In this document: piece after piece, positions 19,924 to 28,708 of the stretch
Position numbering within the stretch: position 1 is the stretch's first letter
How the letters are laid out: every line of letters begins with the position of its first letter
Position numbers and translations under genes: made by a program
NCBI GenBank assembly: GCA_963677485.1
Contig: OY781964.1
Coordinates: 3,712,001 to 3,776,000 of the forward strand
Direction of reading: 5' to 3'
Origin: Armatimonadota bacterium
Lineage (GTDB): Bacteria; Armatimonadota; HRBIN16
Length of the DNA stretch: 64,000 bases
The notes under the pieces: model-generated
The model's input: the letters and a program-made list of their open reading frames with translations, nothing else
The model's database searches: none
What the model was told of the DNA's origin: nothing

Positions 19924-21087
19924 TTGGTTGATCTCATCATCGCTAATGGAACCTTAGTCATGCCTGATCGTGAACCTTGCTCAGGTGATGTTGGTATTCA
20001 ACACGGCTTGATACACTTTTTGGTTGATGTTGAAAGCCAGGGCAAGACGACCATCGACGCAACCGGCTGTTACGTGCTGCCAGGCATTATCGACATCCAC
20101 ACCCACGGCATCGGCTATGAATCGTCCGCGTCGGAGAGTTTGCATGAGTATGCCAAACTGGAGGCATCGCACGGCTGCACCACTTTTTACCCCACGCTGT
20201 TTGGCCCACCTGAAGAGAGCGCTGAGCATATGCGCCGGCACCGGCGCAACACGAACGAACTGGCTGAGCTTCCGCAGGTCGGAGGGTTCCGGCTGGAGTC
20301 ACCCTATCTGGGATTCACCGGAGCAGGAATCTCGCGCGACCTGGCTCCTATCAGCAAGGCAGTTACCAATGAGCTTCTTGACGCAGGTGGGGGACACATC
20401 AAGATATGGGACATTTCGCCAGAACTTGAGGGTGCCGCGGGATTGATATCGGAGCTTTCCTCGATGGGGATCATCTGCAGCCTGGCGCACATGCGCGCCA
20501 CGATCGACCAGGCGAGGGCCGCCATCGACGCGGGAGCGCAACTGGTGACGCATCTGTTCTGCACCTTTGAAGTGCCGGAAATGATCGATCCGGGTGTCTA
20601 CCCGGCCGGGGTCACCGATCTGTTTCTGGTGGACGACAGGGTGGCCTGTGAGATCATCGCCGATGGCACGCACGTGAACCCCATGCTGATTGAGATGACG
20701 CTGCGATGCAAGCCAGATGATATGACGGTGTTTGTAACCGACAGTAACTATGGGGCGGGTCTGCCATCGGGCCGATACGACCTGCCTGGCGGCTGGGGGC
20801 TGGCGGCCATCGATGGTCCCAACAACGGTGTCCGGCTGGTGGAACGCGAGATGGGTCTTGCCGGGAGTGCCTTAACACCGATCGATTCGCTTCGGAACTG
20901 CGTGCAAATGCTGGGTAAGGATTTAGGCATGGCCTCCCGCCTGTGTTCGGCTAATCCCGCCCGACTGCTGGGCTTGAACAAAGGTCGTTTGGCCGTGGGC
21001 TGGGATGCCGATTTGATTGTGCTGGATGAGCAACTGGAGCTGATGTATACCATTGTGCGGGGGAAGGTGGCTTTTTCAAGGAGTTAG
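19924..21087 (+). CDS. nagA: N-acetylglucosamine-6-phosphate deacetylase-like amidohydrolase
   Basis: PGIIDIHTHG, RLESPY, AHMRAT, VTHLF, IIADGTHV, FVTD, LAGSALT, NPARLLG. Confidence 0.75.
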   Translation: MVDLIIANGTLVMPDREPCSGDVGIQHGLIHFLVDVESQGKTTIDATGCYVLPGIIDIHTHGIGYESSASESLHEYAKLEASHGCTTFYPTLFGPPEESAEHMRRHRRNTNELAELPQVGGFRLESPYLGFTGAGISRDLAPISKAVTNELLDAGGGHIKIWDISPELEGAAGLISELSSMGIICSLAHMRATIDQARAAIDAGAQLVTHLFCTFEVPEMIDPGVYPAGVTDLFLVDDRVACEIIADGTHVNPMLIEMTLRCKPDDMTVFVTDSNYGAGLPSGRYDLPGGWGLAAIDGPNNGVRLVEREMGLAGSALTPIDSLRNCVQMLGKDLGMASRLCSANPARLLGLNKGRLAVGWDADLIVLDEQLELMYTIVRGKVAFSRS

Positions 21088-21164
21088 GAGAAGAGGAGAA
21101 TAGGAAAAGGCGACCAGTATCTGCAACCGCGTCCTACTCGTCCTACTCATCATACCTGTCCTAC
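21085..21164. repeat. Degenerate 9-mer tandem repeats in inverted arrangement
   Basis: taggagaag/aggagaa/taggaaaag ... gtcctactc/gtcctactc/atcatacct/gtcctac. Confidence 0.5.
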
Positions 21165-21196
21165 GGCGTCACCCGCGAAATGCCGCTCCGTTGCCC

Positions 21197-21246
21197 TTGA
21201 CACCACTTAATCATATATGTATACTCATTATAATGAGTATACATAT
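21197..21246 (+). promoter_or_regulatory. Near-consensus sigma70 promoter (TTGACA-N17-TATACT) with a perfect 32-bp palindromic operator
   Basis: -35 at 21197-21202, -10 at 21220-21225; atatgtatactcattataatgagtatacatat at 21215-21246. Confidence 0.85.
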
Positions 21247-21263
21247 TCGGCAAGGACGGCAGA

Positions 21264-22022
21264 ATGAGCGTAGGTTCCAGTTCCCCGTTATATAACGAAA
21301 TATACGAATCCTTGAAGGGCAAGATACTCTCAGGCCACTACACGCCTGGGGATTCGCTGCCCTCTGAACCAAAGCTGAAACTGGAATATGGTGTCAGCAC
21401 GATCACAATCCGCAGGGCGATTCGCGAGCTCTGCCTGGATGGGCTGGTGGAATCGCGGCAGGGGATGGGCAATTTCGTGCGGGACAGCAGCACGGGCTCG
21501 GTCGTGGTCGGGATGTCCAGCTTTACGTCTGATGTTGTTGGTGGACGGCTGCGCCTGATCCGATCTCTTCTGACAGACGAGATGACCACTGCGCCTGTGG
21601 ATATCGCCAATCAGTTGAATGTGCCGGTCGGATCCATGCTGCGTCGTCTGGTGCGGTTGGACTATGAGGGCAACACACCGCTATCTCTCGATGAGGTGTA
21701 TATCCCACCTGATATCGGCTCGTGTATTAACCACGAGATTGCCGGATCGCCGGTGTTCATGCATCTGTGGCAGAAGGAATCTGGCCTGGAGCTGGTGAGC
21801 ACACAATACCAAATCTGGACCGAAACCGCTTCGGAAATGGACATTCAATATCTGAAGATGCAGCCAGAGTGCCCAGTGTTGATCACCACCGAGTTGGTAT
21901 ATGATATCAACAGCCGAGCCTGTGCCTGGATCATCAGCCGGTATCGAGGAGACAGAGGCCGCCTGTCTGGCACGGTGATGTTAGTTCAAAATCGATCCGA
22001 TATAAAAGTGATTGGTGAATAA
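21264..22022 (+). CDS. GntR (HutC/UTRA) transcriptional regulator
   Basis: PLY..I...I..G.Y.PGD.LPSE..L...YGVS.ITIRRAI; C-terminal UTRA domain. Confidence 0.92.
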   Translation: MSVGSSSPLYNEIYESLKGKILSGHYTPGDSLPSEPKLKLEYGVSTITIRRAIRELCLDGLVESRQGMGNFVRDSSTGSVVVGMSSFTSDVVGGRLRLIRSLLTDEMTTAPVDIANQLNVPVGSMLRRLVRLDYEGNTPLSLDEVYIPPDIGSCINHEIAGSPVFMHLWQKESGLELVSTQYQIWTETASEMDIQYLKMQPECPVLITTELVYDINSRACAWIISRYRGDRGRLSGTVMLVQNRSDIKVIGE

Positions 22023-23307
22023 GATGCTTGCAGGAACCGCAAAACAAGATATCACACCCAAAGATGCTGTTTGGATGGAGGGCATGATCCGTGCTCATCG
22101 CTCAGATGGCGTTCATGATGCGCTCACCGCCCGCGCACTGTATGTGGCCGACGGTGAAATGCAGACCGCCATTATCACGCTTGATGTGTGCGCCATCCAA
22201 GATAGTGACGCCTCTGCCATCCGTCATGAGATCGAAGCGCAGCTAGGGATACCATCAGCCAACATCATCATCGCTGCCAGCCACACCCATTCCGGACCAG
22301 CGACCATCGGGTTTTTCAGTGATGGTGAACCCGAATACGTGCAGTGGCTGGGTAAGCAAGTCGTGCTGGCGGTCGCGGAGGCCAAGGCGAGTGCGGTGCC
22401 TGCCCTGACCGGATGTGCCAGCGGAAGTGAGACCACCATCAGCCACTACCGCCGCTTCCGCTCCGATGCCGGCCAGATCGTGATGATCTGGGAGCAGGAC
22501 CCCTCCCTGGGTGGCATGACGGTCATGGGAGAAGCGGACACGGAGGTGGGTGTACTCAAATTCGTGAAGGCATCCAATCCGGAGAAAACCATCGGATTGT
22601 TATTCAACTATGCAGGGCACCCGAATGTGATGAGCGGGGATAACTACAGCATCAGCGCCGACTACGCGGGTGCAGCCTCCCGCATACTCGAAGAGAAGCT
22701 AAGCTGCATCTCGATGTTTACCAACGGCGCCCAGGGTTCCGTCGACATCGACAACTGGGCCTGGCGAGACTGGCAAGGTGTCGAGGTTCTGGGATCGGCA
22801 CTGGCGCAGGTGGTCTCGGATGTCTCATGTGGTGTTGAAGTCTCATCACAGGAACTGCGCATCTCGCGGGTGGCTTATTCACTGCCTCGCCGCACGATCT
22901 CTGAAGAACAACTCAGGTGGGCTGAGGATATCCTGGCCCAAACCGGTGGCAAGCTGCAGGCCGTGGCCGATGGCGTGGGTGATGACTTCAAGGCATTGCT
23001 ATACAAGCAGACATATGATTTGAGAGATAAAACGGTGGATATCGAGCAGGTATGCATCGTGGTAGGCGACTGCGCGTTTCTCAGCTTCCCCGGCGAGCTC
23101 TTCACTGAAATCGGGCTGGAGATCAAACGCCGAAGCCCGTTCAACAAGACCTACATCATCGACCTGGCCAATGGATATACCGGTTATGTGCCCACCAGCG
23201 CGGCTATTGCGCAGGGTGGTTATGAAGTGGATACCCGTCCCATCAATGCAGATGCAGAGCAGGCCATCATAGACCACTCGCTGTATCTTCTCAACCAACT
23301 GAAATAG
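22015..23307 (+). CDS. Neutral/alkaline ceramidase-like metal-dependent amidohydrolase
   Basis: G.AK.DITP, GVHD.L.ARAL, ASHTHSGP, NYAGHP, ISADY, NGAQG, PGELFTEIG, NGY.GYVPT, GGYE; start 22015 or 22024. Confidence 0.8.
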   Translation: MNKMLAGTAKQDITPKDAVWMEGMIRAHRSDGVHDALTARALYVADGEMQTAIITLDVCAIQDSDASAIRHEIEAQLGIPSANIIIAASHTHSGPATIGFFSDGEPEYVQWLGKQVVLAVAEAKASAVPALTGCASGSETTISHYRRFRSDAGQIVMIWEQDPSLGGMTVMGEADTEVGVLKFVKASNPEKTIGLLFNYAGHPNVMSGDNYSISADYAGAASRILEEKLSCISMFTNGAQGSVDIDNWAWRDWQGVEVLGSALAQVVSDVSCGVEVSSQELRISRVAYSLPRRTISEEQLRWAEDILAQTGGKLQAVADGVGDDFKALLYKQTYDLRDKTVDIEQVCIVVGDCAFLSFPGELFTEIGLEIKRRSPFNKTYIIDLANGYTGYVPTSAAIAQGGYEVDTRPINADAEQAIIDHSLYLLNQLK

Positions 23308-23317
23308 GGAGAACACC

Positions 23318-24649
23318 ATGTCCGAAAGACTAGCTATCGACGGCGGGACACCAATCCTGCAGAGAAGTGACTTCAAAAACTGGCCGGTCATCACAGATGA
23401 TGACCGCCGGTTCATCAACCAGGTGCTCGATTCCGGGATATTGGCCGGTGGAACGGCCCCTCAGGTATCCAACCTGGAGAAGGAGTGGGCGGCATACATC
23501 GGCTCAAACCACTGCCTGACCACCTGCAGCGGTACCGCCGCACTGCATATGGCTCTGGCGGCACTGGGTGTTGGTCCGGGCGATGAGGTGATCACCTCGG
23601 CATTCACATTCCTGGCCTCCGCGTCTTGCGCGCTGCATCAGAACGCCATCCCTGTGTTTGTGGATATCGACCCCAAGACCTATTGTATGGACCCCGCCAA
23701 GCTGGAGGCCGCGATCACCGAACGCACGAAAGTGATCATCCCAGTGCATATCCAGGGCTGTCCTGCCGACATGGACCCCATTCTAGCGATCGCGAAGAAA
23801 TATGGCATCCATGTGATCGAAGATGCCTGCCAGGCGCACGGTGCCATGTATAAAGGCAAGATGGTCGGCAACATCGGCGATGTGGGATGCTTCAGCCTGA
23901 ATAACTTCAAGAACCTGTGCGGCGGAGAAGGTGGCCTGTTCAATACTAACGATGAGGACATACTGAACAAGGCGGCGCTCGTGCGTTGCTTTGGTGATGA
24001 AGTGGACGAAGTGAGTCGCAGGCGAAAATACAACGCCTCCATACTTGGCTATATGTATCGCAACCAGGAGCTGCCCGCGGCCCTCACCCGAGGCCAACTG
24101 CTGCACCTGGATGATTCCAATGCGGTGCGTATTCAGAATGCGGAGTATCTGACGCAAGCGCTGAGCAAGATCCCTGGTGTGATCCCGCCTTATTGCCCGG
24201 ATGACTGCAAGCATGTGTATTTCATGTATAACGTGCGGTTCGACCCCAAAGCGGCAGGTGTGGATTGTGAACCCCGGAAGTTCAGGGACGCAGTGGAGAA
24301 GGCCCTCTACAAAGAGGGGCTGTTGCTCGGACAGTGGCAGACCATGCCGGTGCCCGCTCAAGACCTGTTCCAGAGCAAACTCGGGTATGGCGGTTCCGGG
24401 TATCCCTGGAGCATCAACGAGACCAAAGGAATCACATACGACTACAACCCGGACGCCTATCCGGTAGCGCAGAACCTCTGCGATACCTACACCATCGTGC
24501 ATGGCATCCACACCCCCAATGGGCTGGAGCTGATGCAACGGTTTGTGGCCGGCTTCAAGAAGGTGTTTGCTGATCTTGATACGGCTATCGCCCACGCAGA
24601 TGATGCCATCTATCCGGGAGCTGACGGAAAGCTCTACGGAGCGGGCTAA
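23318..24649 (+). CDS. DegT/DnrJ/EryC1/StrS family PLP aminotransferase
   Basis: LAIDGG.P...WP, SGTAALH, GDEVI, EDACQAHGA, FSLNNFKNLCGGEGG with the catalytic Lys. Confidence 0.92.
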   Translation: MSERLAIDGGTPILQRSDFKNWPVITDDDRRFINQVLDSGILAGGTAPQVSNLEKEWAAYIGSNHCLTTCSGTAALHMALAALGVGPGDEVITSAFTFLASASCALHQNAIPVFVDIDPKTYCMDPAKLEAAITERTKVIIPVHIQGCPADMDPILAIAKKYGIHVIEDACQAHGAMYKGKMVGNIGDVGCFSLNNFKNLCGGEGGLFNTNDEDILNKAALVRCFGDEVDEVSRRRKYNASILGYMYRNQELPAALTRGQLLHLDDSNAVRIQNAEYLTQALSKIPGVIPPYCPDDCKHVYFMYNVRFDPKAAGVDCEPRKFRDAVEKALYKEGLLLGQWQTMPVPAQDLFQSKLGYGGSGYPWSINETKGITYDYNPDAYPVAQNLCDTYTIVHGIHTPNGLELMQRFVAGFKKVFADLDTAIAHADDAIYPGADGKLYGAG

Positions 24650-24655
24650 CAGATG

Positions 24656-24691
24656 GGCTGTCGAAGGGGCAGTGTTGCCCCTTCGATGGCC
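24656..24691. terminator. Intra-operon hairpin
   Basis: ggctgtcgaaggggca-gtgt-tgccccttcgatggcc; no U-tract. Confidence 0.5.
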
Positions 24692-24709
24692 GTCACATAG
24701 GAGATTTGT

Positions 24710-25738
24710 ATGATAAGCAAGGGACTGTTCGGCAAGAAGTATCTGGATATCCAGCAGCGCACTCAGGAAATCGGGCCGCTTGATGAAGACCATGTGCTGT
24801 TGAAGATCATGGCCTGCGGGGTTTGCGGTACGGATATCAACTTCGTGCGCGACTGGGACGATGATCCGATGGCCCTGGGGCACGAGATATCGGCGGAAGT
24901 GCTGGAGGTCGGCAAGAACGTCACGAGTGTGAAGCCTGGTGACAGCGTGATCGTAGAGGACTGCACGATGTGCGGTGTGTGCGATAACTGCAAGAGTGGG
25001 CACCCCGAATTCTGCCGCAATATGTATGACATGGAGGGGCAGCCCGGCATGGGCGAATATATGTCGGTGCGGTATAACTGCCTCAACAAATATGAGGGGC
25101 TGGACCATGTCTCCGCCTGTTTGACTGAACCCTTGGCGGTCTCCCTCACATCGGTGCTGCATGCCGACATCCCTCTTGGGGGAAGTGTGGTGGTGCTGGG
25201 TAACGGTCCGTTGGGGCTGATGGCCGCTAAACTGGCCAAGCTTAAAGGTGCAGGCTATGTAGCCATCACCGGGCTGACGGCAGATAACGAGCGGGAACTG
25301 GCCAGATTCGCGGTCGCAGACAAATTCGGCTGCGACAAGAACATCCAGGTTGGCAAACAGAGCGTGGAAGATGAGATACTGTCTCGATTCCCAGATGGCG
25401 TGGACAGGGTGATCGTCAGCTCACCGCCTGAAAGCATGTATGACGCCTTCAAGATCATCCACTTCGGTGGGATCATCACCTTCTTTGGCTTGCACTTTGG
25501 TGGTAAGAACATGGTCAATGTGGACATCAACGACATGATCTTCCGAAAGATCACTCTCAAACCGGCATTTGCGGAACCTGCGATCAACTTCCCAATCGCG
25601 AACAGACTGCTAAAGGAGGGGCTGATCGATGCCCGTGATCTAGTCACGACCACCTTCCAAATGGCCGATGCCAAGATTGTGATGGCCGCGATTGTGGATG
25701 GCAGCCAACCTGTCATCAAGGCCGTGATGGTGCCGTGA
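24710..25738 (+). CDS. Zinc-dependent medium-chain dehydrogenase
   Basis: CGVCGTD, LGHE, structural Zn site CGVCDNC...C, EPLAV, GNGPLG. Confidence 0.92.
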   Translation: MISKGLFGKKYLDIQQRTQEIGPLDEDHVLLKIMACGVCGTDINFVRDWDDDPMALGHEISAEVLEVGKNVTSVKPGDSVIVEDCTMCGVCDNCKSGHPEFCRNMYDMEGQPGMGEYMSVRYNCLNKYEGLDHVSACLTEPLAVSLTSVLHADIPLGGSVVVLGNGPLGLMAAKLAKLKGAGYVAITGLTADNERELARFAVADKFGCDKNIQVGKQSVEDEILSRFPDGVDRVIVSSPPESMYDAFKIIHFGGIITFFGLHFGGKNMVNVDINDMIFRKITLKPAFAEPAINFPIANRLLKEGLIDARDLVTTTFQMADAKIVMAAIVDGSQPVIKAVMVP

Positions 25739-25746
25739 GAGGCGGC

Positions 25747-28590
25747 ATGACTGTGCTTCGTTTGGTGAATAGAGCCCTTCTATCGGTGATGATCATGTGT
25801 GCCGCGGCATTCCCTGCTGTGGCACAGGCCGTGCTGAACGGCAGCTTCGAGAACGGCACGCCTGGGTATGGTGTGGCGGCTGGATGGAGCAGTTCCTATC
25901 ACTTCCATGCGGGTATCGCCACGCCGGATGGCAAGTCCTGGTTCGATAACGGAGCCACCCCTGATGGCAAGCAGGTCGCATTTATTCAGAGCAACAGTCA
26001 GGCGTCACTCAGCCAGCAGATCACCGGTCTGAAGGCCGGCAGGGTGTACTGGCTGCAGTATAGCGAAAACTCTCGGCAGTCCAGTGCTGTACCGCTGCTC
26101 TTGGTGAGTGTCGGTGAGGTGGTGGTCGACCCCGCCCATGCGGTGCCGTCGATGGGGAAAGCCGGGGTCTTCACCAAGCCATTTGTGAAGCGAGTAGTCA
26201 GTTTTTCGGTACCCTCAGATGGTGACTATGCGCTCACTTTTCAGTCAACCAGCATGTCAGGCGATTCGACGCTGCTGCTGGACAACATCAGCATCGGCGA
26301 AAAACCGGGTGCTGCACCGTCAACGAACCGTCCACCTGCAATGGTACCCGCAACCACGGTGAGGGCTAAGCCAATGAAAGCCTCGAAACCCAGCACTAAG
26401 CAGACTTCGCTTCAGACCCAATTCCACCGGGGACGGCAGTGCCTGGTGTTCTCAAACGGGCTGACCGCGCTATACCTCGACGCCCATGAGTTTACACTGG
26501 TGGACATCATCGATCTGCAGCAGGGCATCAGTTACGTGGTGAAGCCGGGCGGAACCCTGTTCTCCGCGAACTTTAAGTCGGCAGGGCGAACCCTGGTTGC
26601 GAATGGGTCAGGTGCGAAAAAGTATCGCACTGAGTTGGTGAAGAACAAAGCATCCACTGTGCTGCGCTTGAAGTTCACCGGGTGTCCAATTGGCCCAGGC
26701 GGTCTGAGCACTGATGCGGTGATCTCCATTACCCTCCGCACGAATGACCCTCTGCTGAGGTTTGGTCTGGAGTTGAAGAACTTCAAGAAGGCCATGGTCA
26801 GGGAGACTGCGTTCCCCACACTGAGCGGTCTTGGAAGCTCGGTTCCCGGTTCGGATGCCACCGACTACATGGTCGCGCCCGGGTATCCCACCTTCCATCA
26901 TCCCAGGTCAACGTATGATTCTGCTGTGCCGAAGCTAGGGATCGATGCCAGCTCTACGGAGTATCCCGGCGGTATGAGCATGCAGATGCTAAGCTACAGT
27001 GACGGGTTGGGACACGGTGGGCTGTATCTGGCGGCTGAGGATGCCTCCTATTCACGCAAATACTTCGAGAGTAGCGCGACGCCAAAACGGGGATCGTTCA
27101 TGATGAAGGTAGTTCACTACCCCGATGGTAAGCCCTCTCAGACGAAGCGTGTGCTGCCCTACCAGGTCGCCTTTGGGCCTATTCAAGGTGACTGGTATGA
27201 TGCGGGCAAGATATACCGCAAGCAGCTTCTGGCCCAGGGCAAGATCAAGCCGATAGCCCAGCGACACGACATCCCCGACTGGTTCTTGAACACGCACGTT
27301 TGGTACCAGGGGCAGGACTCACTGAATGGGTCGGATCATATGGCGACCCTATCAAAGAGACTTACCGATATCCGCACGGCTCTGGGGATGCCCTACGGCT
27401 TCCATCTCTATCTGTGGTGGAAGGGCAGCACCATGGCGACAGGCTTTCCTGACTACTTCCCGGCCATACCGGGATTCGGCGAAGCCGTCACAGGGTTACG
27501 GGCGAAGGGCGTAGAGTTGATGCCCTACATCGATATGGAGATGTTCGACACCACCATACCGATGTGGAAAGCCGAAAACGCCCAGAAATGGGCCTCACGC
27601 AGTGCCGATGGCAAGCTGAACCCGGTCTATACCGAGATGCGGCCAAATGTGAATATGTGCGAATCGACCGCGTACTGGCAGGACAAGATGGTCTCCTGCA
27701 TGAAGCAGCTTGTCCAGACCTATGGTGTGCGCTCGATCTACCTCGATGAGCTGTACTATCACCCGCCGTTCTGTTTCTCTAAGAACCATCTGCACGAGGA
27801 CATCGGCGGGAGCTACTTGGCTGACGGCTTCCGTAAGATTATCAAACGCGCCAAAGCCGAATGCGGAATCAAGCAGCTTGTGCTGACAGGCGAACACTCC
27901 GGTGAGACTTACGCCGATCTAGTGGCAGGCGGCCTCACCTGGGCCAGCGTGTTTACGGATGTGAAGCCGATCCATGAAGCGATACTGAAGGACTGCTCGA
28001 TCCCATTTGGGCAGATGATGATGAGCACTGACTTGGCGAATATGGACACCTTTGCCGCGAAAATCGGGTGGCAACTGGTGGGTGGACGTCAGTTAGGGTG
28101 GATCAATCTCGACCAAGGCGACCTGCTGGGAGAGCAATTTCAACGGCAGATGGCATTCTTGAAGTCGGCTGCCCAGTGCCGGGCGGCTGCCAAGGACTTC
28201 GTGTTGTTCGGGGAATACCTGCGTCCACCTGATACCTCCTCCAGCGGCATGCACACCGTGGGCTGGAGCCTGGCGCCTATCAACGTGGTCAACCCTGAGA
28301 CAAACCAAGTGGTTGGCTTGCAGACACTTCCCAAAATCATGGGGTCGGCTTACCGGGCAGTGAACGGCGATATCGGCATCGTGCTGGTGAATGTGACCAC
28401 CACGGCGATATCCGCCTCGGTGCCCGTGAATGAGAAGGACTGGGGGCTGCGGGTGGGCAAGCTGTATGAGAGCTCACGATGGGCCAACGGATCGTGGAGT
28501 CTCGCGGGTCAGAAACGGCTGGAGGCCACATTACATGAGAAAATTCCCGCCTATTCGGTGTTGGTGATCCGGCTTCACCGCACGAAGTAG
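25747..28590 (+). CDS. Secreted DUF6259-like putative glycoside hydrolase with N-terminal galactose-binding-like domain
   Basis: Signal peptide; LNGSFE...LSQQITGL..G..Y; YPG..SMQ, GDWYDAGKIYR, PDYFP, MC....YWQ, IYLDE, H.H..GG, LTGE. Confidence 0.7.
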   Translation: MTVLRLVNRALLSVMIMCAAAFPAVAQAVLNGSFENGTPGYGVAAGWSSSYHFHAGIATPDGKSWFDNGATPDGKQVAFIQSNSQASLSQQITGLKAGRVYWLQYSENSRQSSAVPLLLVSVGEVVVDPAHAVPSMGKAGVFTKPFVKRVVSFSVPSDGDYALTFQSTSMSGDSTLLLDNISIGEKPGAAPSTNRPPAMVPATTVRAKPMKASKPSTKQTSLQTQFHRGRQCLVFSNGLTALYLDAHEFTLVDIIDLQQGISYVVKPGGTLFSANFKSAGRTLVANGSGAKKYRTELVKNKASTVLRLKFTGCPIGPGGLSTDAVISITLRTNDPLLRFGLELKNFKKAMVRETAFPTLSGLGSSVPGSDATDYMVAPGYPTFHHPRSTYDSAVPKLGIDASSTEYPGGMSMQMLSYSDGLGHGGLYLAAEDASYSRKYFESSATPKRGSFMMKVVHYPDGKPSQTKRVLPYQVAFGPIQGDWYDAGKIYRKQLLAQGKIKPIAQRHDIPDWFLNTHVWYQGQDSLNGSDHMATLSKRLTDIRTALGMPYGFHLYLWWKGSTMATGFPDYFPAIPGFGEAVTGLRAKGVELMPYIDMEMFDTTIPMWKAENAQKWASRSADGKLNPVYTEMRPNVNMCESTAYWQDKMVSCMKQLVQTYGVRSIYLDELYYHPPFCFSKNHLHEDIGGSYLADGFRKIIKRAKAECGIKQLVLTGEHSGETYADLVAGGLTWASVFTDVKPIHEAILKDCSIPFGQMMMSTDLANMDTFAAKIGWQLVGGRQLGWINLDQGDLLGEQFQRQMAFLKSAAQCRAAAKDFVLFGEYLRPPDTSSSGMHTVGWSLAPINVVNPETNQVVGLQTLPKIMGSAYRAVNGDIGIVLVNVTTTAISASVPVNEKDWGLRVGKLYESSRWANGSWSLAGQKRLEATLHEKIPAYSVLVIRLHRTK

Positions 28591-28708
28591 CGACGAGGTA
28601 GGCCCCTAACCGCGAGGTGCGATACAATGACCGATAGTAATACACGATGTTCGGCATGTGCTGACCGATCAGTGCCATGCATGTTATGAGTAAACAAGGT
28701 GAACTGAC

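Noticed and set aside
23783-25162. 459-aa antisense ORF
   Set aside because: Shadow of the aminotransferase and dehydrogenase genes; no motifs
23318-25738. Aminoglycoside or O-antigen biosynthesis cluster
   Set aside because: No DOI synthase, NDP-sugar enzymes, adjacent glycosyltransferases or resistance genes
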